From assembly GCA_963728205.1 (NCBI GenBank), contig CAVSIV010000006.1, positions 352,001 through 416,000 on the forward strand: DNA of 64,000 bases, given 5' to 3'. The position numbers and the translations under genes are program-made. Positions 1 through 10,925 of the stretch are shown in pieces. Under the pieces are notes generated by a model, which ran no database searches, was not told where the DNA came from, and saw only the letters and a program-made list of their open reading frames with translations. Each line of letters begins with the position of its first letter. Within the stretch, counting starts at the first letter, position 1. The DNA comes from an uncultured Chloroflexia bacterium (GTDB lineage Bacteria > Chloroflexota > Dehalococcoidia > UBA2979).

Positions 1-151
1 GGCGTCGCGCAGGCACAGCCCGTCGGGTCCGGCGAGCGGGTGCTCGACGAGGATCCCGCCGCACCCCGGCGCGTCCGAGAGCAGCGCCGCGGGCACGCCA
101 CCGGCGCGTGCGATCCCGTGCTCGTCGGGACGCGCGCCGAAGAATGCGCCG
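1..151. repeat. Direct repeat of 7664-7814 (duplicated 3'-half segment of the beta-propeller gene; runs to the left window edge)
   Basis: 148/151 identity by eye with 7664-7814; the similarity stops abruptly at 151. Confidence 0.92.
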
Positions 152-358
152 GATTCGTGCAATCCGCGGAGGAAGATCGCGTGTGGACGAGGGTAACCCC
201 TTCGGGTGAGCAGGGCCGGGCCTCTTCGTTGTTGACGGCCTGTCGTTCTCGCGCATATACGTCATCCTCAGGGGGCCCGGCGCGAAAACCTAGCAGAAGC
301 CAATGCACTTCGCGCCTCTCCCCGCGGCGGAGGGCCGGTTAGCCTGCAAGGATTCGTC

Positions 359-571
359 ATGACGCTCCCAGCCGTTACCCCCGCCGAGATGAAGATCCTC
401 CTGTGCCTACTCTCAGCAATGGCCCCGAAACGAATCGCTGAGCAACTCTGCGTCAGTGAACATACGGTCCGCACGCACATCAAGCGCTTGCATGCGAAGT
501 TCGGCACTCACTCGGTCCCGGAACTAATCCTCACCGCCAGCCGGAAACCACCTCAACCTCCTGCACATTGA
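359..571 (+). CDS. Stand-alone LuxR/CsgD-type HTH protein
   Basis: VTPAEMKILLCL...KRIAEQLCVSEHTVRTHIKRLHAKFG matches the LuxR HTH pattern. Confidence 0.75.
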   Translation: MTLPAVTPAEMKILLCLLSAMAPKRIAEQLCVSEHTVRTHIKRLHAKFGTHSVPELILTASRKPPQPPAH

Positions 572-1411
572 AGACGCGCGATGGGTTGCGACGGGAGCCT
601 CTCGCTGCGGAGTGCCAGACCATAATCGGTGCAGCGAGTCGGCGGATCACCGCTAGTAACGATCTGGTGGCGGATGTGACGCTGTGTGCCTCATCCGCGG
701 GGGTGTCCCTTACCGCGTAGCGCATTACAGCCGGCGTTGTTTCATTCTCAGGCATGCTGCAAATTACCTTGCAGTATTATCGCTGCCATACTGAAGCCTC
801 ATGGATGTACGGAAGAGCGCGGCCGCTCGCCACAGAACGGTGTATTCGAGTCTCCAGCGACAAGAGCAGGCGCGGGAGACATCCGCCTCGGTCTTCCGGG
901 CCGCATCCAGCGGAATTTCGTGAGTACTGATCGGACCCGGCGGGAAGAGATGACTCCGCGTCGTGGCCGTTCATGTCGTTCGCACGGCGGCTACGCGGAC
1001 GGGTCTCAATGGCGCGCTTATCAGACGACATGTAGCTGCTTCGCGGCGCGACTGTGCGAGCGCCTCCAAGCGGCTGCCGTACAGCGGGCCTGGCGGCGTG
1101 ATGTGCCTACCCCGCTGTGAAGCGAGACTGAGCGCGCCCCGAGTGCAAGCCGACGCCCGAGGTTGACCAAGTGAAGGAGCCTCAGGCTGCTCGGTCGGCG
1201 GAAAGCCGCGCGTCGACCCGAGGGACGGTCAGGAATTCGGCAGGGGCGTGCCGCGAGGCGAGAACGTCCCTATAGAGACCTGCCGAGTGAAGTATCGCCG
1301 GCACTGAGTATACCCAATCCTGGGGACGTCAGACTACGGACCATGCGATAGCTTCCGAGTCACGCAGGTGCGACGAGAGGTGTGTAGGACTTCCGGTAAG
1401 GACCCGAAACG

Positions 1412-1650
1412 GTGGAGGTCGCCGGCCTCGTGGTCTGCCGGCCGCGGCCGCTTACCGCCCGCGGCATCGTGTTCCTGCTGCTGGAGGACGAGTTCGGGAT
1501 GGTGAACGTGCTCGTGAGCCGCGAGCTCGCGGCGCAGGAACGCGACGTCATGCACTTGGCGCAGTTCGTGGTCGCGCGCGGTGAGCTCGAGGTGCGCGCC
1601 GGTGAGCAGCGCACGCTCGCGGCGACCGCTCGGCGACGACGGCCGCTCGA
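1412..1650 (+). pseudogene. dnaE2: C-terminal OB-fold remnant of error-prone DNA polymerase DnaE2
   Basis: VAGLVVCRPRPLTARGIVFLLLEDEFGMVNVLV is the characteristic DnaE2 OB-fold segment; no upstream polymerase domains are present. Confidence 0.75.
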
Positions 1651-1851
1651 CCTGACCCCCGGAAACCGATCCAGTCGCAAAGTAAGGAAAGCGGCTGCTG
1701 GACCTGAAGCGACTATTCATGGGTCATCCCGAAAGAGGAGAAGGGGGATCGCAAATAGACCGACTCAGATACTTCGGAAGCCACAGTTCCAAGGACTCCG
1801 AGCCCAAGACAGTTCTTTGAAACCACGATGTCCTGAATCCCACTACGCGAA

Positions 1852-2643
1852 TTGAGGGGTGGCGTGCTACTAGGAAAGAAGACAATAACAACCATCGCCG
1901 CGTCATCGTGGTATCGCGGCTGGCTTCTGCTAACGCTCACCGTCGGGGCGCTGGCGGGCCCACAGACAGCTCAGGCCTATCACGGGAGAATCGCTGTTCT
2001 ATCCGGAATCTCGGCGAACGTCTGGAATGGAGAATGTTACTACCCGTCGCAGAACTCCACGATTTGGGCACCTTGTGGCACAGCGGGGACGCACTCAGGT
2101 ACCTATACGCCGTTTGATATTGGGAACGGTAATCCGGACCATTGGATCTTCTTCCAGCTCGACTATCTTCCGTCCAACATCGCCGGTGGCTACGTGAAAG
2201 CGTACCAAGACAACACGAACTGTGCGTCATACAGCGACACATCGCCGAATTGGAACGGTCACAAACTCGTTGTGGAATTTCAGTTCTACAACACCAGTGG
2301 GCAATACGTAACCTGGGCGCACGCCGTCTACCAGCACGTCGATACCGAGCGTCTTCCGGACAACACATGGAAAACATGGAACAATCCATATTCGTCCGCG
2401 CCCATGTGGGGTTCACCAGACTACACCCTGAACAACCTTCAGAACGGCGGAGTCTTAGTCGCCGACATCGCCGCGAATGGCTATGCCTCGGGGAGTATTG
2501 GATGCTCGACGGACGAGCACGTACACCAGGAAGGCAACTACTACTCCGAATACAATTACAGTCGGTACTACAACGAGGCGGTGACGGATCGCTGGTCTGA
2601 CATTTTCTACTACGCGCAGCCAGGAATTACCGGGACCTATTAA
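1852..2643 (+). CDS. Secreted protein, putative divergent M23-like zinc peptidase
   Basis: Signal peptide ending AQA; H...DIG, VYQHV and CSTDEHVHQE resemble the M23 HxxxD, YxH and STGPHLHFE motifs; lower GC than the host. Confidence 0.55.
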   Translation: MRGGVLLGKKTITTIAASSWYRGWLLLTLTVGALAGPQTAQAYHGRIAVLSGISANVWNGECYYPSQNSTIWAPCGTAGTHSGTYTPFDIGNGNPDHWIFFQLDYLPSNIAGGYVKAYQDNTNCASYSDTSPNWNGHKLVVEFQFYNTSGQYVTWAHAVYQHVDTERLPDNTWKTWNNPYSSAPMWGSPDYTLNNLQNGGVLVADIAANGYASGSIGCSTDEHVHQEGNYYSEYNYSRYYNEAVTDRWSDIFYYAQPGITGTY

Positions 2644-3206
2644 TGATGACACGGTTCATGAGACTAGCAGCGCAACTACCCACTCTACAAGCGTCATTGG
2701 TAGCGCTCGCTCTCGCCGCGATTGTTGGATGGGTCGCATTCGGACACGCGACACACAGTGGCGCCGAGGGTGGAAATCACGGGGACGATCTGGCCCAGAA
2801 ACGGGCGAAACTCGAAATGACGCCCACGGATCTGTCCAAGGCCATCTTTAAAGATCGATCAACAGCACCGACGCCGCTACCAAACCTCTCACGGTACAAG
2901 AATGAACAATGGTACTTCGAAGTCTCGAACTACGATGATCGGGAAATCCCCGAGGCAGCTAAAGCTGCCAATCCAGCACGCAACCCCGCATGGCCTTCAT
3001 TCATACGATGCATGCAAAGCCATGGAATTGGGTCGGAGGTGGCGAACCCAGAAGCGGCCTCCCAACAGGATGTTAACAGCATCGTGCTAGCGGTGAACAA
3101 GTCAGGTCCATTCTACGTGGGAGCGACGAAAGGCCTCGAGTATCGAGCAACGCCAGCTTCGGATGCGTTCCTAGGATGCGAACCTCTGTTGTATCCGACA
3201 CGATGA
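2643..3206 (+). CDS. Membrane-anchored or secreted hypothetical protein, coupled to the upstream gene
   Basis: TAATG stop/start overlap; N-terminal hydrophobic helix; Cys pair FIRCMQSHG...FLGCEP. Confidence 0.7.
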   Translation: MMTRFMRLAAQLPTLQASLVALALAAIVGWVAFGHATHSGAEGGNHGDDLAQKRAKLEMTPTDLSKAIFKDRSTAPTPLPNLSRYKNEQWYFEVSNYDDREIPEAAKAANPARNPAWPSFIRCMQSHGIGSEVANPEAASQQDVNSIVLAVNKSGPFYVGATKGLEYRATPASDAFLGCEPLLYPTR

Positions 3207-3223
3207 AACGTGAAAAGTTCATG

Positions 3224-3254
3224 GGTGCCCGGCGAGAATACCTTGCCGGGCACC
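3224..3254 (+). terminator. GC-rich hairpin after the two-gene operon
   Basis: GGTGCCCGGCGAG-AATAC-CTTGCCGGGCACC; no U-tract. Confidence 0.5.
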
Positions 3255-3298
3255 GTCGCGTCTAGGATAAACCTAGCCTAGCACTCGAAGCGAGAACT

Positions 3299-3982
3299 AT
3301 GCAGACGGAGAACCCGAAGCACAACCGCTTGCTCACTCGGCTCTCACGAATCGTGCTACTGACTACGGTGGCGGCGGTCCTGGCGTCATTTATATCCTGC
3401 ACAGACTCCGGTGGGACTAACTCGAGTGAGCCGACCTCAATTCAAGCTACTCAAGCAACCAGAACTGCGCCAAGCGCAACTCTCTCCGTTGTCGGCGGAA
3501 GGAGCCGTCGAACCGGTATCATCAGCGTGGATCGAATCATTGATCTCATAGAGAGCAGGAGCGTGGATGGACTTCTCCAACTCGTGCAATATCGGAAGAT
3601 GGCCTGTAGTGCACGAACGGTCGACCAAAGAGCACCTGAATGTGCGGTTAACGAGCCTATTGGCACCCTGGTCGACTCCCTGCCGGCAGCGTCATGTGAA
3701 GGCTATTTCGCCCGCGATGCACGACCGTTGCTCGAACTTGTGGTCAGAAACGAACTCTACGCAGTTGCGAGGATGCCTCAACTTCCTGGCTTAGACCCGG
3801 TATTCCCAATCGGACAGTACCGAGTCGTTGTAGCCTCCAATTTGGCGGCGTCACCAACAGGTTGGGCGGTCTTGATTGAAGGCGACCGCATCGTTGGGCT
3901 TTGGTCGAGCTGCGGACATCCAAGGGAACTGCTTCGCATCGGAAACGACAACCCGGACCTGTTGCTTGGCCCGTTCGAATAA
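3299..3982 (+). CDS. Lipoprotein with the window's recurring 4-Cys domain
   Basis: Lipobox-like FISC, Thr/Ser linker, and a domain alignable with 17861-18574 and the C-terminus of 5024-6856. Confidence 0.75.
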   Translation: MQTENPKHNRLLTRLSRIVLLTTVAAVLASFISCTDSGGTNSSEPTSIQATQATRTAPSATLSVVGGRSRRTGIISVDRIIDLIESRSVDGLLQLVQYRKMACSARTVDQRAPECAVNEPIGTLVDSLPAASCEGYFARDARPLLELVVRNELYAVARMPQLPGLDPVFPIGQYRVVVASNLAASPTGWAVLIEGDRIVGLWSSCGHPRELLRIGNDNPDLLLGPFE

Positions 3983-4035
3983 GGCCATACCCGGCCGGAC
4001 TTTGCTGATCTCGACCTGCTCGAGCGGACCCCGGA

Positions 4036-4321
4036 TGAATCGCCCCGGGTTTGATGGAGACTCAGTTCATTGAGTCCCGGCCTCCGCCAGGACCTGCGCA
4101 GGGTAGTGGTTGGCCTCGTACTCGGCGGGTGGGACGTAGCCGAGGGCGCTGAAGAGGCGGCGGTGATTGTACCAGTCGACCCACTTCAGCGTGGCGAACT
4201 CGAGGTCTTCGAGGCCGCGCCACGGTCCTTGCTTACGCACCAGCTCGGTCTTGTAGAGCCCGTCCACCGACTCGGCCAGCGCGTTGTCGCAGTCGCCACG
4301 ACTGCCCACCGAGGTCACCAC
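4036..4321 (-). mobile_element. IS3-family remnant (terminal inverted repeat plus OrfB C-terminus)
   Basis: TGAATCGCCCCGG end resembles IS6110-type IRs; GDCDNALAES...YKTELV...WVDWYNHRRLFSALGYVPPAEYE is the IS3 integrase-core tail. Confidence 0.88.
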
Positions 4322-4359
4322 CCCCGCTTCCGCGAGTCAATCAGTCTAGCGGATCGAGA

Positions 4360-4852
4360 GGTGCCTTGCCGCTGCAGGCGTGTGGGCTCTTTCGGTCGCT
4401 CTTCTCCCTTTCGGGGCCGTCCCCGCGGCCCCTTGGGGCGCTCGGTGTCGGGAGGCTTCGGCTTGGGACTGCGGGGCTGCTCGCGTGCCTCGATGGCCGT
4501 GGCGTCTCGGGAGAGGTGGCCGATCAACCGGTCCTGGTAGGCCTTGCGGATCAACGTTTCGTGAACCCGCTCCGGCAACTGCGTCTGTGCAAACGCGTCG
4601 AACGCGCGGGAGAAGACGGATTCGCTCGGCACCTCGCGCTTGCGCTCCCAGCCGCAAATCCGTCGCAACGGCGCATCGGTTTGCAAGCGGTCCAGCAGCA
4701 TGCGCGTCGTCGGCATGTCGTAGACAGCTTTGGCCACAAAGGCACGGGCAATGGCCGCACGATCCTTCGGCGGGCGCCCGGGGACATGGAAGTGCGCGGG
4801 GTAAGGGGGGATCTGCTGCTCAACGCGGATGAGATCGAGGGTCTCTACCAAG
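4360..4852 (-). mobile_element. Truncated DDE transposase (DUF772-type N-terminus; IS5/IS1182-like)
   Basis: GRPPKDRAAIARAFVAKAVY...LRRICGWE...PSESVFSRAF...SRDATAIEARE; both the start and the catalytic C-terminus are missing. Confidence 0.8.
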
Positions 4853-5020
4853 GTAGCTCGTGACGCTCTCCGGCACGAAGCGCTCGAGCGCCCCGAGGTC
4901 GTAGGCCGTCGGGACCGAAGAGTCGTCCGAGGTGCACGCCGCGAGCAACGCAAAGGCAGCGACTAGGGCAAGCACAACGGCCCCGGCAATCCCACTTGCG
5001 ATTGCTCGTGGCTCCGGCAC
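4850..5020 (-). pseudogene. 5' remnant of a lipoprotein gene truncated by the IS
   Basis: Signal peptide with LLAAC lipobox, followed directly by transposase DNA at about 4850. Confidence 0.55.
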
Positions 5021-5023
5021 CGA

Positions 5024-6856
5024 TCACTCTCCCCAATCAGGGCCGCTGAGCCATGGGGCGTCGGCCAGCCTCGGCTGGAGGTCGAACGCCGCGCAGTCCC
5101 CGCCGCCGCCCGCACCAATCAAGCGGCCCTCCTCGTCGAAGCCGAGCCAGCCGGCCTTCTCGAAACCGAACAGAGCCGCGTATCGAGGTGCGTCCACCCC
5201 GAGGTCGACGACGCCAATCAGGTGATCGAGGAACATCGAGGCGTCGAAGCTCTTCACGCGGTACGTGATCGCGGGATCGATGAACGACGCCTGGTCCGGG
5301 CAGCCGCCGAACACAAGAGCGTCGACGAGCGTCCCGGCCTCGACGCCTGATGGGCAGGCCGGCGGGACCAGGATCCCTGGTGCGGGATCGACGACGCACG
5401 GTCCCTCGGTCGTCGTGAGCAGCGCGGCGAGCTGCGCGCCGTCGTGTGCCAGCGCGGCGCCGATCGCCGCCTGCATGTCGCCGGGCAGACGGTCGCGGCT
5501 CTCGGGCGATGATGTCGGAGCCGGGGTTGCAGTCGCCACCGGCGTCGGCGTGAACGGCGGCGTATCGGCGGTCACGCGCTCCGCCGACTCGGCGATGCGC
5601 CGCAGCTCCTCGAACGGCAGGGTGTCGCTCTCGAGCATGGCGACGAGTTCGCCCTCGCGCCAGGCGAGCCGCTCGACCCCACCTTCAGCGTGGTGGTAGC
5701 CGTCCTGGCCGCTGACGTCGACCGGCTCGCCGGCGCGGAGTGCGTCGGGCACGTCGACGCGCACGCGCTGCTGGAGCAGCGCGTAGCCTGCACCGCCCGT
5801 GGCGCTGAGCAGGCTCCAGGCGCCGACGAGCTCACATCCCGGGCCGGATTGCGCACCCGCCGATCCCCCCAGGAAGCCCTCGGGCGCGTACGAGGGCCGC
5901 AGGAAGCCGGCCGGCGCCGAGAACCCGGGTCCGCCCAGCGGGCCGGACGAACCGCCGCACTCCGCGGCGGTCATCGACTCGACCTTGCGAGCACCGGGCG
6001 GTGGCTCGAAGCGCAGCAAATCACCGTCAATCGCGATGCCGTGATCGAGAGTCGTCACTTCGAACAGCGCCGACTGGTGGCCTTCACCACCGTCAATCTC
6101 ATGACGCATGACGAACATCAGGTTGGTGTCGACCCAGATCCGCCCGACGCCGCCCGCCGTATGCTCTGGCGACGACGGCGTCGCCGTGCCGGCTGCAGAG
6201 CCGCCGGGCCGCGGCGTCGCGGTCCCGACGGGTTCGACCGCCTCGCCGTCGTCGCCCCGGGAAGGCGCGGTCGCGGTGGCCGCCGAGCCGGAGCGCCAGA
6301 CCGGGCGATACTCGATCACGCGTATCCCGCTCTGCTCGTCGTCGCGCAGGGTCACCTCGGCGCCGGTCTCGCGGTACCAGTCCGCGAGCTCCTCGACGCT
6401 CGATGCGTTGGCGGGACCGATGAGCGTGCTGAAGCCGGCGGGCGTCGGGAACATCCGCAGCTCCTCGGGGATCGGCGGGAGCCGCTGGTACGTGTCGGTG
6501 CGGCTGTCGTAGGTCCAGACCTCGTCGCCGTCGGCGACCGTGGTCACGGTCCCGGCCTCAAGCGGTGGATCGAGGTACTCGATCTCCCGCCGCCAGTGAT
6601 CACCGTCGACCTGCCACCAGCGCAGCCGCGTCTCGGTCGCCTCGCGCGAGCCGACCGCGATCTGCCAGCGCGGAGGCCGCGCGTCGTCCTCGACGCGGGT
6701 GGAGACCTCGGCATAGAAGCCCGCGTCGCCGGCGTCGCCCTGGGTGCAGGCGGTCGTGAGGACGACGAGCACCACCAGGAGCGCGCTGGCGAGCGCCACG
6801 CCGGGGCGTGCGAACGAGGGTCTCGATCCCACCACTGCCGGCTTCAGACGCGGCAT
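5024..6856 (-). CDS. Multidomain lipoprotein: LolA/RseB-like + DUF4367-like + 4-Cys domain
   Basis: TTAC lipobox; TVADGDEVWTYD, RIWVD and LLRFEPPPGA (LolA-like); LRPSYAPEGF...LAWRE...LPFEELRRIAES (DUF4367-like). Confidence 0.7.
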   Translation of the reverse strand: MPRLKPAVVGSRPSFARPGVALASALLVVLVVLTTACTQGDAGDAGFYAEVSTRVEDDARPPRWQIAVGSREATETRLRWWQVDGDHWRREIEYLDPPLEAGTVTTVADGDEVWTYDSRTDTYQRLPPIPEELRMFPTPAGFSTLIGPANASSVEELADWYRETGAEVTLRDDEQSGIRVIEYRPVWRSGSAATATAPSRGDDGEAVEPVGTATPRPGGSAAGTATPSSPEHTAGGVGRIWVDTNLMFVMRHEIDGGEGHQSALFEVTTLDHGIAIDGDLLRFEPPPGARKVESMTAAECGGSSGPLGGPGFSAPAGFLRPSYAPEGFLGGSAGAQSGPGCELVGAWSLLSATGGAGYALLQQRVRVDVPDALRAGEPVDVSGQDGYHHAEGGVERLAWREGELVAMLESDTLPFEELRRIAESAERVTADTPPFTPTPVATATPAPTSSPESRDRLPGDMQAAIGAALAHDGAQLAALLTTTEGPCVVDPAPGILVPPACPSGVEAGTLVDALVFGGCPDQASFIDPAITYRVKSFDASMFLDHLIGVVDLGVDAPRYAALFGFEKAGWLGFDEEGRLIGAGGGGDCAAFDLQPRLADAPWLSGPDWGE

Positions 6857-7263
6857 CAGTCACCCCCTTCGACGGGTCGAAGCGCCGCGGCGAGCGCGAC
6901 GAGTTCGTCGGGGGGAAAGCGGGCGCTGAACACCGCCGCGGTGCCGCCGACGGTGACGCGCAGCTCGCCGACCTCGCCCGCGACGCACAGCTCCGCCGGC
7001 CCGAGCGACGTTGTCACTGCTTCGAGCACCGGCTCGGGCGGCTCCTCGCCGGCCGCGCGCGCGGGAGGCGGGGCGCTCTCGATCGGCGGGTCGCAGACGA
7101 GCCGCGGCGGCGTCTGGGCGGGGCCGAGGCGCAGCTCCGCCGAGGGCTCGCGCGCCTCAGCACCGGCCGAGTACTCGATGCGCGCCTCCTGGCCGGCGGC
7201 TCCACTGTGCCAGCCGGCGATGCGGCGCAGCGGCGATGATCGCCAGTGCAGCGAAGGTCGCAA
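6856..7263 (-). CDS. Hypothetical protein or remnant with a DUF4367-like tail
   Basis: Stop overlaps the next start; FPPDELVALAAALRPV tail. Confidence 0.4.
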   Translation of the reverse strand: MRPSLHWRSSPLRRIAGWHSGAAGQEARIEYSAGAEAREPSAELRLGPAQTPPRLVCDPPIESAPPPARAAGEEPPEPVLEAVTTSLGPAELCVAGEVGELRVTVGGTAAVFSARFPPDELVALAAALRPVEGGD

Positions 7264-7438
7264 GGATGGAAGCTCGTGCCCCCTTGGGGACGCGGTCCGC
7301 GTTCATGCGTTCACGCTAGAAGTCGGGAACCGTGCCCGCCTCGGCCGCGCGGGCGATTTCTTCCCTCACTCCGGCCATGGACTCCGAGGCCCGGCGAAGG
7401 CGCACAGGGCCACGGGCCCCGATCCGGGGTGCTCGAAC

Positions 7439-8850
7439 CTAGAGACCCGGCGGGGGCCAGGTCACGAAGATCGCGCTCCCGTCCGGAGTCCAGCGGACGA
7501 GCGGCTTGCCGCCCGCATCCCCGTCGATGGGCGCGACGGGCGCGGTGCGCTGGACGCCCGTCGCGAGGTCGACAACCACAATCTCGTACGCCTGGCGGTA
7601 GGTGTGCGCCGCCGACCGCGCGAACGCGACCTTCGTGGCGTCGGGGGAGAAGACGCCGATGGCGGCGTCGCGCAGGCACAGCCCGTCGGGTCCGGCGCGC
7701 GGGTGCTCGACGAGGATCCCGCCGCACCCCGGCGCGTCCGAGAGCAGCGCCGCGGGCACGCCATCGGCGCGTGCAATCCCGTGCTCGTCGGGACGCGCGC
7801 CGAAGAATGCGCCGAGCACCGGGCTGCCCGGCCACTTCGCGAGTACCGCGCCGGTCACGGGATCGACGACCGTCGTCTCCTTCGCGAGGGACGGGTCCTG
7901 CGGCGAGTAGACGAGCGCTGGCCCCTGCCACGCCCAGTCCGCCGGCCACGCCACCGACGGCAGGTCGAGCTTCGTTCCGCGGTCGAGGTCCTCGAGCACG
8001 GTGCCGCCCTGGTCGTCGGGGTGGAGGAGACGGTCGCCGTCGGGCGACCACGTCGGCGAGCTCAGGTAGCCACCCATGTGGTGACCGTCGCCCAGCGAGC
8101 GGGTCGTGTGGCGCTCGGCGTCGTAGAGGTACGCCGCGCTCCCGCCGGTCTCCAGGTCGAGGAGGCAGCGGCCCGACGGCGACCAGCTGGGGACGGCACG
8201 CAGGTCACAGCCGCCGCAGTCGACGAGCGTCGCGTCGATGCGCACGTTGGCGCCGGAGCGGAGGTCGAGCACCCAGTCCTGGTAGGTGCCGCCCGGCCGG
8301 TTCGAGGCGCCGGGGGAGTCGACGCGGTAGAGCATGCGCGTGCCGTCTGGCGAGAAGCTGCCGCAGTTCGCGCGGTAGGCGACGCCCTCGATGACGGCGT
8401 GCAGGTCGCCGCGCTGCGCCTGGGTGCACGCTGGCACGGGCGCGGCGTCCGGGGCGGGGGTGGGGGTCGGGTAGGCATCGCGCTCCTCGAGGCGCGTGCC
8501 GTCGGGGGCGAAGTGGAGGTATTGCTGCGTGTCCTCCACGTGCAACCAGACGCTGCCGTCGTCGAGCATGTACGAGAAGTAGGCGACGGTGCCGTGGAGG
8601 AGGTCGTGCGGCGCGAGCGTACCGGCGTCGAGAAAGAGGGCGCCGTGGGCGGGGCCAGGCGTCGGCGTCAGGACCGGGGTCGGCGACGGGGCCGGGGTGG
8701 CCGTCGACAAGGGTGTCGGAACTGCGGACGACGTGCCAATCGCGGCTGCGGGCGTCGCCGTCCGCGTCGGCTGGGCGCGAGCGCAGCCGGCGACGACCAA
8801 ACCGCCACGAAGAGCGCGAAGAGCGCGAGCGGGATTGGGCGCAACCGCAT
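7439..8850 (-). CDS. TolB-like beta-propeller lipoprotein (apparent frameshift near 8800 in the signal peptide)
   Basis: FSPDG, WSPSG, WSPDG and WTPDG blades; MRLRPIPLALFALFVAV in one frame joins VAGC in another. Confidence 0.75.
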
Positions 8851-9010
8851 CTGAAACCTGCCTACCACCCGCGTCCTGTGACCGGCCACCAACCGGCGTA
8901 CGTCCGTTGCAATCGAATCCGTTCCCGGGACCTTCGCGGACGCGAGCGAGATCCGGCAGCCGCGGACGCTGCGCCGGGTGACCCGACCAGCGAGGCGTGC
9001 CGGCCTCGCC

Positions 9011-10593
9011 TCAGCTTGCGGGCATCGGACCGTAATTCCAGAGCGGCGCCCGGGTCCCCGGATGCACGGTGAAGTGCTCCCACAACTCGTGCCCCTGCCC
9101 GTTGTAGAGCGTGACGGCGGCCCCCGCGCGTCCGCACGCGGCGGGCTGCCCGGCCGCCCCCAGCACGAGCACGGGCGCGGGGTCCGTCCGCGCATCCGCG
9201 CTCGCGCATACCGCGCCGGCGACCTTCGCCGTGATCACGCCCTGGCTCTTCCGCACCCTGGCCACAGCTGGGTCGTCCGCGTAGTCCATCAGCTGGATCA
9301 GGAACGTCGTCGTGGTCGGCGCCTGCCACTGCGCGCTCGCGAACGGCTCGTGCTGCACGGCGACGACCGCGTCGGTGACCGTCACGTCGCCGTTGTCGAG
9401 GAACGGCTGCACGACCGGCGCGAGGCGGCCGGTCGTGACGTCGAGCAGCACGGGCACCGCGCCGTCGTCGTGCGCGCTCGCGGGAAGTTGCAGCTGCGCG
9501 GCGGTCAGCGGCGCGGTCAGCGCCACGTGCGAGTCGTCCACCCACGCCGCGCCGTCGGCGTATACCGCCGCGCCGGGGAGCGAGCGCGTCGAGTAGGTCG
9601 CCATCGGATGGAACCGGCCCTGCTCGCCGACGACGAAGACGCTCCACTCGTGGACGGTGCGGCCGCCGGCCGCGTACGCCCAGTCGACGAAGAGCCGGCG
9701 GCCGTCGACGCTCGCGACAGCGGACACGCCGGTCGCCGTCTCGCCCGACCGCAGCAGGTCCTGCAGGTCGAGGGCCACGGAGCCGTCGGCGCGCACGAGC
9801 CGCGCGTGCGACCACCACAGCACGGTGCCGTCGGGCCGCACCACCGCTGGTCTCCGGATCCCGGGCATGGCCGGTGGGGTCACCCGATCGCCCGAGGGAT
9901 ACCACTCGAGGCGGTCGAAACGCGTCGTCGACTGCGGGTCGTCGCGCAGCAGGAGCACGTGGTCGTGCGCGGTGGCGCCGACCGGCACAGCCGCGGCGTC
10001 GATCGGGCTGCCTGCCGTCCACGTTTGCCCGCCATCGCGTGAGATTTGAAGGATGGTCCGCGCGCCCTGTGGCGGGCCCTCCCCGCCGCAGGACCCCGTG
10101 CTGCACTCGCCGACGACGACCAGGCCGGGCGGTAACCCGGCGCCGAGGATGCCGGTGAGGTCGCTCGCGATCAGCGTCGGTGAGGGCGGCACGCCGCTCG
10201 AGCGGCCGACAATCGGCTGATGGATGACGCTGCCGTCGGGGGCGGTGAAGACGCGCTCGACGCGATCCGGCCGCCGTCCGTGTACGGGCGGTAGACCTCC
10301 ACGACGAGCGCCAGGTGTGGCGGCAGCGCGATGGGGTCGGCGACGGAGAGGGCCCCGAAGCGGTCCGCGGGCGTCGTTGCCGCCGCGGTCGACGTCGCCT
10401 GCACGGGCGTGCCCGTCGCTGCCGCCGCTGGCCCGGTCGAAGCAGCGGGGGTCGGGGCGGGAGGGGAGTGGCCGCTGCACGCCGCGCCCAGGAGCGCGAC
10501 CGCGATCAGCGCGCCGGCGAGGACGGCGCGCGGTGTCCGTCTCGCCCGCGCGGCGGCGGGGTCGGATCCGATGAACGCGGGGATCGCGTACAT
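9011..10593 (-). CDS. Large lipoprotein (apparent frameshift near 10268), propeller/Asp-box-like
   Basis: LGAAC lipobox and Pro/Thr linker in ORF 10171-10665; SRDGGQTW Asp-box in ORF 9011-10480. Confidence 0.6.
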
Positions 10594-10925
10594 CACCGCA
10601 GCCTCACTGGACCGGTCGCCGCCACGAGCCGCTGGGTCGCCGCCGGGGGACGCCCGGCGCTGCAATTAGGGCCCCCATCGCGAGCATGGCCGCGACGGCG
10701 AGTGCGACGAGGACGCCAGCGGGGCGCGGATGTCGGCGGGTGCGTTGGGGACATGCCACCACGCAATCCCGGCACTCTCGCCTGCGGCGCCGCGTACTTC
10801 CGGGCGTGACCGGCAACGTAGATGGCGAGGCTGGCCCTGTCACGCTGCCGACACCGCCGTCCGAGGGGGCGAGGCCGCTCGGGAAACGAAGGAGGGTGAA
10901 GGGGTCGCCAGCACCGGCGGGGTAT

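Noticed and set aside
839-846. Fourth ECF promoter (GGTGTATT)
   Set aside because: No GGAACC at the 14-nt spacing.
5690-8854. 1054-aa ORF and other very long ORFs (30113-33091, 41561-44431, 59221-62070)
   Set aside because: Arg/Ala/Gly-rich shadow frames of real genes, typical of high-GC DNA.
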